This document shows, piece after piece, positions 1 through 9,592 of a stretch of DNA of 24,712 nucleotides (position 1 is its first letter; each line of letters opens with the position of its first letter). This DNA is from a virus (Duplodnaviria > Heunggongvirae > Uroviricota > Caudoviricetes): positions 1 to 24,712 of IMG/VR virus record IMGVR_UViG_2778261459_000007; one strand, given 5' to 3'. The notes under the pieces are model-generated. The model saw only the letters and a list, made by a program, of their open reading frames with translations. It had not been told where the DNA came from and searched no databases. Position numbers and translations under genes: made by a program.

Positions 1-1158
1 ATGCTCACCGTTAAGCAGATTGAAGCAGCAAAGCCGAAAGAAAAACCATACCGCCTACTCGATGGTAATGGCCTGTACCTTTATGTCCCTGTATCCGGAA
101 AAAAGGTCTGGCAGCTTCGCTACAAGATTGACGGTAAGGAGAAAATCCTGACTGTCGGAAAATATCCGCTTATGACTTTGCAGGAGGCAAGGGATAAAGC
201 ATGGACTGCGAGGAAAGACATCTGGGTTGGTATAGATCCGGTAAAAGCGAAAAAGGCTTCGTCTAACAACAATTCCTTTAGCGCCATTTACAAGGAATGG
301 TACGAGCACAAGAAGCAAGTCTGGTCTGTAGGGTATGCGACTGAACTTGCAAAAATGTTTGATGACGACATTTTACCTATCATCGGCGGCCTTGAAATTC
401 AGGATATTGAGCCGATGCAACTGCTGGAAGTAATCCGCAGATTTGAAGATCGCGGTGCAATGGAACGAGCCAATAAAGCCCGAAGAAGATGCGGCGAGGT
501 TTTCCGTTACGCTATTGTCACCGGAAGGGCTAAATATAACCCGGCACCTGACCTTGCTGACGCCATGAAGGGATACCGCAAGAAGAACTTCCCGTTTCTT
601 CCTGCAGACCAGATCCCGGCATTTAACAAAGCACTGGCAACATTTTCAGGAAGCATCGTATCGCTCATTGCGACCAAAGTTTTACGCTACACAGCCCTCA
701 GAACAAAAGAGCTTCGTTCCATGCTATGGAAGAACGTCGATTTTGAAAACAGGATTATCACCATCGACGCCAATGTGATGAAGGGACGCAAAATTCATGT
801 GGTTCCTATGTCAGACCAGGTAGTTGAACTTCTCACTACGCTAAGCTCAATCACTAAACCAGTGTCAGAGTTTGTTTTTGCCGGGCGCAACGATAAGAAG
901 AAGCCAATCTGCGAGAACGCGGTATTGCTTGTGATCAAACAAATCGGCTATGAGGGTCTGGAAAGCGGTCACGGATTCAGGCATGAATTCAGCACAATTA
1001 TGAACGAGCACGAATGGCCTGCTGACGCTATTGAAGTGCAACTGGCACATGCCAACGGCGGATCTGTGCGTGGGATTTACAACCATGCTCAGTATCTCGA
1101 TAAACGCAGAGAAATGATGCAGTGGTGGGCGGACTGGCTTGATGAAAAGGTGGAGTGA
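1..1158 (+). CDS. int: Tyrosine integrase, P4-family (site-specific recombinase)
   Basis: 385-codon ORF starting at window base 1. N-terminal arm-type DNA-binding motif (LTVKQIEAAKPKEKPYRL..DGNGLYL) typical of P4-like integrases; C-terminal catalytic region with H-x-x-R (HGFRHEF) and a terminal tyrosine region (GIYNHAQY). Convergent with the acyltransferase, as int is at the conversion-gene end of P22/Sf6-type genomes. Confidence 0.9.
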   Translation: MLTVKQIEAAKPKEKPYRLLDGNGLYLYVPVSGKKVWQLRYKIDGKEKILTVGKYPLMTLQEARDKAWTARKDIWVGIDPVKAKKASSNNNSFSAIYKEWYEHKKQVWSVGYATELAKMFDDDILPIIGGLEIQDIEPMQLLEVIRRFEDRGAMERANKARRRCGEVFRYAIVTGRAKYNPAPDLADAMKGYRKKNFPFLPADQIPAFNKALATFSGSIVSLIATKVLRYTALRTKELRSMLWKNVDFENRIITIDANVMKGRKIHVVPMSDQVVELLTTLSSITKPVSEFVFAGRNDKKKPICENAVLLVIKQIGYEGLESGHGFRHEFSTIMNEHEWPADAIEVQLAHANGGSVRGIYNHAQYLDKRREMMQWWADWLDEKVE

Positions 1159-1284
1159 TCCGCCTTAACCACTATCGAAGAGTACAAAGCCTTGCAATCC
1201 AGCGCAAAGCTTTGTGTGTTTCAGTTTTGTCTAACGTTACAGAAGCATCCAGAACGCATATCATTGATGCCACAAAAATACAGA
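1159..1284. other. Candidate attP-containing intergenic region between convergent int and acyltransferase
   Basis: In lambda, P22 and Sf6 the attP core lies just 3' of int, between int and the conversion/tailspike end. Here int (+) and the acyltransferase (-) converge on this 126-bp gap. I could not recognise a tRNA-derived core (no T-loop-like GGTTCGAnTCC motif), so this is positional only. Confidence 0.3.
1184..1231 (+). terminator. Candidate intrinsic terminator downstream of int
   Basis: Inverted repeat ACAAAGC (1184-1190) / GCTTTGT (1209-1215), plus the palindrome CAAAGCTTTG, followed by a T-rich run GTGTTTCAGTTTTGT. The loop is large (18 nt), so the hairpin is weak. Confidence 0.3.
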
Positions 1285-2334
1285 CTAAGATGATTGGTAC
1301 ACATTTTTTCTTGTATACCTGTCCTTAAGTCTTAGGAATGGCAACTCAAAATACTTAAACGACAGTGCAGAAATGGCGATAGTAAGAGAAATCTTGGTTA
1401 CATCCACCATTGGTCCAGAGATCCAAAGTAAATGCCCTCTGTACTGAAGAGAATCAACGATTTGAATTGCAAGCGGATGCCATATATACAATCCATAACT
1501 AATCTTTCCAATGTAAATTAATGGAGCAATAGTTAGAAACTTTGCTTTTATAACACCAGAAGCGATTACACCAATGAGACCTGCAAACATCATGTTTGAT
1601 GAAAGATAAAGGCTCTGGTTAGCAATTTCAGGACCAGTATGCCAGCCATATATTAGCGCACCGAATTTAACTACCGCGATAAACCAGAATATCCCTACAG
1701 TTAAGAGCAAACACGACACAATCATCATGACACGTTGTTTAACGGAAATAACAGCAATTATTGCCCCTATAAGAAGTGTGTCCATAGCTGAGAACAGCGG
1801 GGCAAACGATACTATTTGTGTATATTCTGCAAGATAAAATCGTGATGCGATCGCTACGCAAGAAAGTGCAACCGCAGATATAAAAATCCACTTTCTGTTA
1901 CAGAAGAAAACAACTAGTGGCCATAGTAAATAAAATTGTTCTTCTACAGCAAGTGACCATGTATGACCAAATTCCTGCCCTGGAACATACAGGAAGCCAT
2001 TCCATGCCATCGTGTAATTCTGTATATAGAAAATATAGTAAAACCAATTCTGCGTATCTTTTATTCCAAGATATGAGCAGTAAACGAATACAACTAATAT
2101 ATATAAATAATATAGCGGAAATATACGTAGACTTCTTCTTATATAGAAATTGGAAAAGAAGTTATTATCTTTCTTTGATTCTATCAATATCCTTGTAATC
2201 AAGAAACCAGAAAGCACAAAGAAAAAAGAAACACCAAGCCACCCCATTCCGAACCCAGGGATGCCTAAGTGATACAGGATAACACTAATAACACTGAACG
2301 CTCTTAGTCCATCAAGTTGCTGAATATGCTTCAT
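1285..2334 (-). CDS. Acyltransferase family 3 membrane protein, O-antigen acetyltransferase-like (lysogenic conversion, Oac-like)
   Basis: 349-aa ORF, very hydrophobic and multi-pass (MKHIQQLDGLRAFSVISVILYHLG... with the N-terminal GLR..H motif of Acyltransferase_3/OafA-type enzymes). Markedly AT-rich versus its flanks, roughly 35 percent versus 50 percent GC by eye. It sits between tailspike and int, exactly where Sf6 carries oac. Confidence 0.85.
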   Translation of the reverse strand: MKHIQQLDGLRAFSVISVILYHLGIPGFGMGWLGVSFFFVLSGFLITRILIESKKDNNFFSNFYIRRSLRIFPLYYLYILVVFVYCSYLGIKDTQNWFYYIFYIQNYTMAWNGFLYVPGQEFGHTWSLAVEEQFYLLWPLVVFFCNRKWIFISAVALSCVAIASRFYLAEYTQIVSFAPLFSAMDTLLIGAIIAVISVKQRVMMIVSCLLLTVGIFWFIAVVKFGALIYGWHTGPEIANQSLYLSSNMMFAGLIGVIASGVIKAKFLTIAPLIYIGKISYGLYIWHPLAIQIVDSLQYRGHLLWISGPMVDVTKISLTIAISALSFKYFELPFLRLKDRYTRKNVYQSS

Positions 2335-2365
2335 TTCATTATTTTAGAAAAAGTTAAAGGAGTGA

Positions 2366-2393
2366 AGTTTACCACACATCCAGCAACCCGCAA
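2366..2393 (-). promoter_or_regulatory. Candidate sigma70 promoter for the acyltransferase gene
   Basis: On the minus strand: TTGCGG (-35, 2393..2388), 16-nt spacer, TGgTAAACT (extended -10, 2374..2366), about 30 nt upstream of the ATG at 2334. Overlaps the tailspike stop codon. Confidence 0.3.
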
Positions 2394-2394
2394 C

Positions 2395-4434
2395 TTAACC
2401 TATCTGCTGCAAAACGCTTATCCCAGCACTCAAGCACTTGAGTAAAGTTGCTCTGTATTGCCCAAGCGAGTAGTTGACGGCTCCTGACGTAAGAATGTTG
2501 TCTGAGGAGTATGCGATGGTAGTTCCTGTATTGTTGGTCGTAACAATTACATCTCGCCCATATGGAGCTCCATAAATGTGTCCGATAGTTACGTTATCTG
2601 CCATGACTCTAATCTGGGTGGCTGGGTGGTAGTCTGTTAAATCAATATCACCACTGACATTTATGTCCCTATACTTAGGTAACTTACCGTCAAACCCATA
2701 AACAGTTGCCGCATTATCAAGATATTTGTGAACTGAGTCGCTTTCCTGATATTCATTTCCGCTGCATATGGCTGAGCCAGTAATGATGAAACCAGACGTT
2801 CTTTTAATACCGTTGTCATTACCAAGGAATGCAAATGAACTTCCTGATACGCTACCTTCATGAACAGTAACACCAAAGAGTCTGTCGCTATCATCATCAA
2901 TTTTGATGGCAAATGTGCAATTAGAGACAGTACCTCTTTGAATATAAAGTGATTGCTTAGAAGGTGTTGCTGAGATCATCTGGCACTCACCAAAGTGGAT
3001 ATGAGAACCAGTAAAATACCCAATATCAATACTCCCACCAGGAGCCAGCCAAATGCATTCACTGAACGTAATATATGCTCCGTTACTCATCATAAAGTAG
3101 GGCACATCTTTGCGTTCCATTGATAGCTTAGTTGCCAGATATGCAGCGTCAACAGGTATAAATGTACACTCACTGAAAGACAGGCGATAAGAGTTTCCAA
3201 GATTCATTGCTGTTGAAATGTAATAGAATCTGTCGTTATCAGTAACCCCATCACCGACAGGCCTTGCAACTTCAAAATGACACTGGCTCCATGAGAAGTT
3301 CCAGCAATTATTAATGTTAAACATATATGCCGTTAGTTCGAAATGGCAACCATTAAAATATACATAGTTTGAGTCTGTATTGCATGTTACTGCGAAGTTT
3401 GTTGAGTTACCGCATTGTAAAACGCTACAGTTGTTAAAGTATGTGTCTTGTATATATCCAAGCTCAAGCCCCTGATTAGGGAAGTGCTGGATATTTACAC
3501 CGCTGACAACCCCCATCCAACCTACATTTGCAAGATGCAGACCTACATCGCATTGACCATCTACACCCCAGATAGCGAAATCACGTAGGTTAAGCCCAAA
3601 ACAGTATTTATCCGGCGCAATCGAAAGAGTTCTACCATTGGCAACTTTAGAGTGGAACGTTGTTCCGCGAACTGGAGATGGTGAATGTGCTGTACTCGAT
3701 ACGTCTCGTAAACCCTGACCACCTTCGCCATAAAGAGAAGGTGCATAATCAGCAACGACGGTATCAGAAATTATATAATCACCAGATGGTTGAAAGACTC
3801 CAGCATTTCTTGTTTTGGCTACATTTATAGCCGATTGCCAAGCTGCATAATCTTGGCTTTGTGATAATGATGTAACAAACGGATACACCATTTGTGCGGC
3901 TGTTAATGTTGAGAAGATTTCACTAAGAGGGTGATCATTTCCGTCTCCAATAGCACCAAAATCTTTTAAGTTTAATACATCTTTATTTTTATCGTGCTGT
4001 GTTCTCTGAACAGCACCAGTATATGGCTGGTGAACGAATACTTTTGCATCATTTACTAACGGTGGCTGACTATCACTTAGAAGTTCTGATCTTAGCTGAT
4101 CAGGATCATACTTCAGAACATTCGGAAAATAGAACTGCTGCGCACCGTATGCATCATAAACAGCCATAGAATGGCCTTGCACAGTTACGAACTTTGCAAT
4201 CTGTCCGTTATATACCGGGTAACCAGCAGCGTTAATGATGATTGGTTGCGAAACAGGAACGTGAGATCCATCTTCGTTTTCTACATAAACCTGAATCTGG
4301 TTTTCAGGATTTACCGGATCAGTGTCAATTTTACCGATATAAATTTTGCCATTGGCTACAGTTTTAAAAGAACGAGCCATAGTGAAGAATTGAGAAGGCA
4401 TGCTTACCACAACATTTGCGGTGATATCTGACAT
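2395..4434 (-). CDS. Tailspike protein (P22 gp9 / Sf6 gp14 family): conserved N-terminal head-binding domain plus beta-helix receptor-binding domain
   Basis: N-terminus [59 protein letters not shown]... matches the P22-like tailspike head-binding domain. The remainder is N/S/T/G-rich, consistent with a right-handed beta-helix. Start chosen at ATG 4434, preceded by GGAG; the ORF-track start at 4482 adds 16 non-conserved residues. Confidence 0.9.
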   Translation of the reverse strand: MSDITANVVVSMPSQFFTMARSFKTVANGKIYIGKIDTDPVNPENQIQVYVENEDGSHVPVSQPIIINAAGYPVYNGQIAKFVTVQGHSMAVYDAYGAQQFYFPNVLKYDPDQLRSELLSDSQPPLVNDAKVFVHQPYTGAVQRTQHDKNKDVLNLKDFGAIGDGNDHPLSEIFSTLTAAQMVYPFVTSLSQSQDYAAWQSAINVAKTRNAGVFQPSGDYIISDTVVADYAPSLYGEGGQGLRDVSSTAHSPSPVRGTTFHSKVANGRTLSIAPDKYCFGLNLRDFAIWGVDGQCDVGLHLANVGWMGVVSGVNIQHFPNQGLELGYIQDTYFNNCSVLQCGNSTNFAVTCNTDSNYVYFNGCHFELTAYMFNINNCWNFSWSQCHFEVARPVGDGVTDNDRFYYISTAMNLGNSYRLSFSECTFIPVDAAYLATKLSMERKDVPYFMMSNGAYITFSECIWLAPGGSIDIGYFTGSHIHFGECQMISATPSKQSLYIQRGTVSNCTFAIKIDDDSDRLFGVTVHEGSVSGSSFAFLGNDNGIKRTSGFIITGSAICSGNEYQESDSVHKYLDNAATVYGFDGKLPKYRDINVSGDIDLTDYHPATQIRVMADNVTIGHIYGAPYGRDVIVTTNNTGTTIAYSSDNILTSGAVNYSLGQYRATLLKCLSAGISVLQQIG

Positions 4435-4555
4435 TTCATTGCTCCAGACGAATGATATGATGCAATCATGATGTGATTGCATACCGAAATGGTACTATTG
4501 AGTATTTATCCAGTAGGTTACGATGCCATTCCACCCAACTGGTGAGGCATCAAGG
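4435..4555. promoter_or_regulatory. Divergent promoter/operator region between tailspike and mnt
   Basis: 121-bp gap between divergent start codons. Contains inverted repeat ATGCAATC (4460-4467) / GATTGCAT (4475-4482), the 8-bp palindrome ATCATGAT (4465-4472), and a possible plus-strand promoter TTGCAT (4477-4482) - 17 nt - GAGTAT (4500-4505). Confidence 0.35.
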
Positions 4556-4816
4556 ATGTACAGCAAATACGACGAGGCGCAGTTTCACTTGAGACTTCCG
4601 CATGAACTCCACGCGAAAATTAAACATCGCGCGAAGATGAATAACAGGTCGCTGAACTCAGAGATAATTGCAGCGATTGAAGAATCATTGGATAAACAAA
4701 GCTCTGCATCAGTTTACATTGACGATGCAGAGCGTATGGCAGAACAACAATCGGATATGGTTAAGAAAATTGTCTTTGATACGCTCAGAGATTTATATAA
4801 AAAAGACAGCAACTAA
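4556..4816 (+). CDS. mnt: Mnt-like ribbon-helix-helix repressor (Arc/MetJ fold)
   Basis: Translation ...DEAQFHLRLPHELHAKIKHRAKMNNRSLNSEIIAAIEESLDK...DAERMAEQQSDMVKKIVFDTLRDLYKK aligns along its length with P22 Mnt as I recall it (DPHFNFRMPMEVREKLKFRAEANGRSMNSELLQIVQDALSK...NDAERLADEQSELVKKMVFDTLKDLYKK). Start set at ATG 4556, preceded by AAGGA; the ORF-track start at 4523 gives an unaligned N-terminal extension. Confidence 0.85.
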   Translation: MYSKYDEAQFHLRLPHELHAKIKHRAKMNNRSLNSEIIAAIEESLDKQSSASVYIDDAERMAEQQSDMVKKIVFDTLRDLYKKDSN

Positions 4817-4833
4817 CCATCCGTGGCTTTCCG

Positions 4834-7137
4834 TTACTTCTGGTTATCATCACTGTTCATCCAGTACATGATGCCTAGCCTTGATATGGTTTTCTTATCT
4901 GATTCTGGAAGTGAGTTGTAAAACGAGCGCCAAGCAGAAGAGCGTCTTACAGTTGTATCAACGATGCTTTCTGGTGCTTGTTTTACTGCCAGCCTTGCTG
5001 CTTTCTGGAATTCTGGTGAGCTAATTAGCTTTTCTGCAGATTCAATTGATTCAGCGCCGCCCATCGCCCTGATTTTGCTGGCGACTTTTGCCCCAATTTC
5101 TGACCCAGCAACAGCACCTACTGCACTGAACGGTCCTGACACAGTTGAACCAACCGCAGTGCCAATGCGTTGGGCATGGTTAGCAACAAATTCATTTGCC
5201 GCAGTGACGCGATTAAACCGTTTGACGAACTCGTTTAGTCTTCCTGTAGTTATCTCGTAAGATTTTGCGTCTTTGATAGCCTTTGCGACCTTATATACAT
5301 CGTTCAGACCTGACATAGTCTCTTTTGGTAAATGTCGGGCAAGATTGCGCATCTGCCCGTTTGCTAACATGTTTTGATACCAGTCAGCAAACCCTGCAGG
5401 ATTAAAATCAGCGCCACGTTTTCCGTTCGAAAGCATATCCCGAAGACCTGTTCCCAGTAGCTCGGTTCTTAGCTTCCTGGACGGCGTGTTTTGCATCAAT
5501 TCACGAAATCCTTTGGCATCGCCTTTCGACATTGCCTGTAGTGCTGTAGTTGCTTTGCGAGAAACATCACCGTTCAGCGTTCTGCCAGTTAGATTAATCA
5601 TTTGCTCTTCCATGCTTTTTCGCATCTGAACAAGCCTCTGAGCAACTTCAAAATCACGTAATGCATTTGTCTCTGACAGCGCCGCCTTTTGATCATCGGC
5701 GAGCGAACCGTAAAGCCTCGATAAAGCAGCGCGATCAGCATCTTTATATGGTCCAGAATTCTTATGAAGTGCATCACCAACAAGTCGTCGTTGCTTATTG
5801 AGATTTGCATAAGTTAATGCGCCGTTCTTGCCTGGATTAACTGCCCGAAAGACTCTCTTTTCAATAGGGTCAAGGTTTTTCATCCCGCCAAGATCTTCTG
5901 CCACCTGTTTGAGCATTGACCTTGTTGATGGCGCATCAATTTTTGCACCTGCAGGCATCGCCTTTTCAACATTGCGATAAAGCTGGTCGCTTCGTTTCAT
6001 CAGCGCAGACATTCTTCCATTGACCGTATCAATAAACTTGTCGCTCATACCAAGAGCATCTTTTGCACCGGAAACGTGATCAATTATCTCCCCCGCGCCC
6101 TGTGCTAGCTGCCTGATTGCTTCATTTTCCTGCACCTGTAGAGCAGAACCCGCACGGGACTTGATTGCTTGCTCAACTGCCTTGTATTGCTCGTTCCCGG
6201 AAAAGTGTGAAGGGAGTAATGAATCAACATTAAGCCTTTCAGCAGACTCCAGAACTTCAGCCTGAGGATTGATATCTAGTTCATCAAGCGATGAAGCGAG
6301 ATTTGGCCTTTTTTGTGCTGCTACTGTGCGAACGACTTCCTCTGGGTTCCTCGTCGCAGGCGTCATTGGTACACCTTGTGCTACTCTTGCCTCTGCGGCA
6401 TGAACCGCAGGATTTGTTGCTGCAGCGGCATCACCGGAGAATTGTGATGTTTCTGTTGGCGCAGTGGTCGCTCTCTGTGCAGATGTTTTATTGCCACTAA
6501 TTATATTTGATGCACCACGAACACCACGGGTAACGCCATTTATCAGGCCATGCGTAGCAATGTTAAGTCCGGCATTAATAGCGGCATTTTCGGCAAAATC
6601 ACCCCGTTGATTCGCCGCGTCAGCGAGAGAACCAATGACCATGTTTCCAGCTACACCTGCTCCAGGAACAAGATAACCGCCTATTGACTCTCCAGCTTGC
6701 GCATACGGATCCGTTGGCCGGTTAACTGGTCTATATACTTCATCAAGAATCTTTGGTCCATCAAAACTCTGAGATGCGGCATTAATGAGACTCGCCCCCC
6801 CCTGAAGAACGTCAAAAGGAATATTTACAAATCCTCTTACCGCCTGCTCGGCAATTTGACCTACGCTTTGCCCACCTGTTAGCCATTCTCCTGCACGCTG
6901 CATAAGTGATTTGTCTTGCTGAATGGTATCAGGAGATTGCCCTACTTCCTGCTGTTCTGTCTGCATTGAAGGCAATGGATAGGCATCATAGAAAGCTTGC
7001 TTAGCCTGATCTGCATTTTCTCCGGCTTGCGGGGCCACGACTTCATTGAAGTATTGCTCCTGAGCCTGCGCTTTTTGTTCTGGTGCTAACGCCTGATACT
7101 GTGGAGAGGCGATAACATCTTTCCATGCTTTAGCCAT
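4834..7137 (-). CDS. Ejection (E) protein, P22 gp16-like
   Basis: 767-aa ORF, third of three consecutive ejection-protein genes in the conserved gp7-gp20-gp16 order. Its start overlaps the upstream stop (TAATG). Ala/Gly/Gln-rich composition typical of ejection proteins. Call rests on position and composition, not sequence recall. Confidence 0.75.
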   Translation of the reverse strand: MAKAWKDVIASPQYQALAPEQKAQAQEQYFNEVVAPQAGENADQAKQAFYDAYPLPSMQTEQQEVGQSPDTIQQDKSLMQRAGEWLTGGQSVGQIAEQAVRGFVNIPFDVLQGGASLINAASQSFDGPKILDEVYRPVNRPTDPYAQAGESIGGYLVPGAGVAGNMVIGSLADAANQRGDFAENAAINAGLNIATHGLINGVTRGVRGASNIISGNKTSAQRATTAPTETSQFSGDAAAATNPAVHAAEARVAQGVPMTPATRNPEEVVRTVAAQKRPNLASSLDELDINPQAEVLESAERLNVDSLLPSHFSGNEQYKAVEQAIKSRAGSALQVQENEAIRQLAQGAGEIIDHVSGAKDALGMSDKFIDTVNGRMSALMKRSDQLYRNVEKAMPAGAKIDAPSTRSMLKQVAEDLGGMKNLDPIEKRVFRAVNPGKNGALTYANLNKQRRLVGDALHKNSGPYKDADRAALSRLYGSLADDQKAALSETNALRDFEVAQRLVQMRKSMEEQMINLTGRTLNGDVSRKATTALQAMSKGDAKGFRELMQNTPSRKLRTELLGTGLRDMLSNGKRGADFNPAGFADWYQNMLANGQMRNLARHLPKETMSGLNDVYKVAKAIKDAKSYEITTGRLNEFVKRFNRVTAANEFVANHAQRIGTAVGSTVSGPFSAVGAVAGSEIGAKVASKIRAMGGAESIESAEKLISSPEFQKAARLAVKQAPESIVDTTVRRSSAWRSFYNSLPESDKKTISRLGIMYWMNSDDNQK

Positions 7138-8432
7138 TAATCACCCCATAGTGAAGAAAAGTTACTGCCAGTAGTAGATTGTTGCCCTGGCATATTCTGA
7201 ACCGGCTCCTGATAATCAAACTGTTTTTTAACAGTGCTCAACTTGCTTTCAAGCTGATTTCTAATCTTTCCGATAGAGTCACGAAAAGCCTTTTCACTCA
7301 TTTTGGGGCTTAGGGCACCAACCGCATCGGATAATTTTTTACCCTCAGCATCTGAAAGAGCACCCATCCCCTTAAGGGACTGCACCATAGGAAGGAATGT
7401 TTGAGCTTTAAAGGTGTCGAGCCTTGCTTCAAAGTTAGCCGCATCAGAGCCAGGAACTGTCGGAAACGCTGAGCGAATTCCTACTGCTTTTGAAAGGCCG
7501 GGGCTTTGCTCTATCTCGTTGAGAGAATCAAGCGCAGTGCTGAACGTATCAACTGCACCCTGAGCGGCGGCCTGCCTGTCAGCGCGGGCTATGTCAGCCT
7601 TTTGCCGAACATCTGCCTGTTTCTGTTTTAGCTCTTCAAGCTTTAACTGATTGCTTTCTCTGGCTATCTGTCTGTCCAGAGCCTTTTCTTGTAATTCTGC
7701 TCTTTGTATTTCTCGGGAAAGAGCAGCATTCTGTGCGCTGATGTTCTGTCCACGTATCTGGATGTCCTGACCTCGAGCTATTAGTGCTTCTCCGGCCTGA
7801 TTGCTGCGGATTGTCTCTGCCAGTCTGCCTCGGTCAATCTCACGACCAGCCATCTTGTCCTGAACATTGAAGTAATCAATCGGACCAAGAGCAGCCATTC
7901 CAAGGTGATCAACAAACTCACCAAATCCTGAAGGGTTCTGCTGATACATCTGAGCAACGCTGTTAGGGTCAACACCGACGCGAGTCAGTTCCTTGGCGTT
8001 GTTTTGCAGCCATGATTGCATTGCTTCTGGAGACGATGACGCAAGGCGTGCGCCAGCCGCTAAGGTGCCGATAGAATTACGCTGCTCTTCATCAATGAAT
8101 CCCATGCCTTTACGAACGGATTCAATCTGGTCTGGATATTGAGTAGCCAACTGACGCAAAGCACCGCGATCACCAGACGCATAAGCATTAGCGTATGCCT
8201 GCTGAAATTCTTTCTGCCGCTGAGCCTGCTTTTCCTGCTGAAACACCCCAGCAATACCTGAAAGGCCTTGCAAAGCAGTCAGCCCAACATTGTTAGCGCC
8301 TGAACGCTCAATATCATTGTTCTGCCTGATAAGCTGAAGCGTATTGCTGATGTCATTTACGCTCGGAGCGTTTGAGTTGACGCCGCCGATACCAGCCAAC
8401 AATCCGCCATTTGATCCTTGCCAAGTAGCCAT
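7137..8432 (-). CDS. Ejection (E) protein, P22 gp20-like
   Basis: 431-aa ORF between the gp7-like and gp16-like genes; Q/A-rich central coiled-coil-like region. Positional and compositional match to P22 gp20 / Sf6 gp12. Confidence 0.75.
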   Translation of the reverse strand: MATWQGSNGGLLAGIGGVNSNAPSVNDISNTLQLIRQNNDIERSGANNVGLTALQGLSGIAGVFQQEKQAQRQKEFQQAYANAYASGDRGALRQLATQYPDQIESVRKGMGFIDEEQRNSIGTLAAGARLASSSPEAMQSWLQNNAKELTRVGVDPNSVAQMYQQNPSGFGEFVDHLGMAALGPIDYFNVQDKMAGREIDRGRLAETIRSNQAGEALIARGQDIQIRGQNISAQNAALSREIQRAELQEKALDRQIARESNQLKLEELKQKQADVRQKADIARADRQAAAQGAVDTFSTALDSLNEIEQSPGLSKAVGIRSAFPTVPGSDAANFEARLDTFKAQTFLPMVQSLKGMGALSDAEGKKLSDAVGALSPKMSEKAFRDSIGKIRNQLESKLSTVKKQFDYQEPVQNMPGQQSTTGSNFSSLWGD

Positions 8433-8441
8433 GATTACCCC

Positions 8442-9134
8442 TTAAAACAACGAGCCAAGCAATCCGATACCAGCACCAATGCCAGCGCCCCAAGGTGTTG
8501 ATGTTCCCAAAAGGCTGGCAAGACCTGCACCGGCAATCGCACCAGACGTTCCGCCACTAATTGCTGTCTGAAGACTTGATGGTTTGTTGGCATTAGCAGC
8601 GGCAAGAGCTGCGCTTTGCTGTGCAATGCTGCTCATGTTGTTGGCGTACGTCTGCCCGGCGTTTGCCTGACCTTGCAGAGCACCAAGCCCAACGTTTGCC
8701 AGATTGTTGTAATTGCTCATCTGGTTTGACAACCAAGACTGACCGAGAGTCGGCGCGATCGTAGCCAGTTGATTGCTTGTGGCTGTCGAACCAAGCCCTC
8801 CCGTAGCCTCCGCAGCAGCAAGACTCTGGTAACGCGCCTGACCTGCAAGGTCTTTATACTGCTGAGAGTTGTAATACTGATTAAGTGCCTGCCCCTGACC
8901 TTCTAAACTGGAAAGGTTCTGAAGCTGGTTAACATACTGCTCCGCAAGAGGCGTGAACGGAGCAAGGTTTTTCATGATCGTCTGCCACTGCTGATTTTGC
9001 AGGTCTGCTGCATACTTCTGAGCTTCTGCGGCATACTTTGCGCTTTTATCAGAGCTACCACCTTTCCCGCCTTTTTCAGGGCACCAAGGTTCCTCGCCGC
9101 GCAGTTTTCTGCCCAGCTTAAATGCATATAACAT
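8442..9134 (-). CDS. Ejection (E) protein, P22 gp7-like
   Basis: 230-aa ORF. N-terminus MLYAFKLGRKLRGEEP..EKGGKGGSSDKSAKYAAEAQKYAADLQNQQ and the Gly/Ala-rich C-terminus match P22 gp7 (229 aa) as recalled. Confidence 0.85.
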   Translation of the reverse strand: MLYAFKLGRKLRGEEPWCPEKGGKGGSSDKSAKYAAEAQKYAADLQNQQWQTIMKNLAPFTPLAEQYVNQLQNLSSLEGQGQALNQYYNSQQYKDLAGQARYQSLAAAEATGGLGSTATSNQLATIAPTLGQSWLSNQMSNYNNLANVGLGALQGQANAGQTYANNMSSIAQQSAALAAANANKPSSLQTAISGGTSGAIAGAGLASLLGTSTPWGAGIGAGIGLLGSLF

Positions 9135-9136
9135 GG

Positions 9137-9592
9137 CTATCTCCCGTGATTCAGGAAGTCGATTAGTTCTTCGCGTGTGGCGCTGTAAAACGTCACGTCA
9201 TCCACGCCTTTGAAGTATTTTTTGATGGTTCCTACACGATTAAGGCCAATCATTGCGCAGTACATCTGACCGTGGCGGAATTTGCGTGCAGCGAACGATG
9301 TGACGCACTGAACGGTGGTGTTAGTCAGAATGTATCGCCAGAACGCCAGCCCGATTTCCTTGCTGAATCCGCGAATCTCTGGCAGGTACATGGCGTGGCA
9401 ATCGAATGTCAGCGGCTGAATCTCCTGATAGTAAACAATGCCGCCGAACTGCCCGTGCACGTTCACCTCAAAGTAACGGCAATCAGGTTTGTAGTCGTAT
9501 CCATCACCGTTGTTGCTCCCGGCAATAATGTCAGGGTGATTTCCGACTGCTTCGATCAGGTCAATGTTTCGCGTTGGTTTGAACTGAATCAT
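9137..9592 (-). CDS. P22 gp14-like head/DNA-stabilisation (ejection-associated) protein
   Basis: 151-aa ORF between the tail needle and gp7-like genes, the position of gp14 in P22/Sf6. Call is mainly by synteny. Confidence 0.7.
   Translation of the reverse strand: MIQFKPTRNIDLIEAVGNHPDIIAGSNNGDGYDYKPDCRYFEVNVHGQFGGIVYYQEIQPLTFDCHAMYLPEIRGFSKEIGLAFWRYILTNTTVQCVTSFAARKFRHGQMYCAMIGLNRVGTIKKYFKGVDDVTFYSATREELIDFLNHGR

Noticed and set aside
4435-4482. N-terminal extension of the tailspike ORF ([16 protein letters not shown]…) back to ATG 4482
   Set aside because: The conserved head-binding domain begins at MSDITANV (ATG 4434), which has a GGAG Shine-Dalgarno; the extension is unconserved and would run through the palindromic operator-like region.
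4523-4555. N-terminal extension of the Mnt-like ORF (MPFHPTGEASR…)
   Set aside because: Alignment to P22 Mnt starts at the MYSKYDE… methionine (4556), which has an AAGGA ribosome-binding site.
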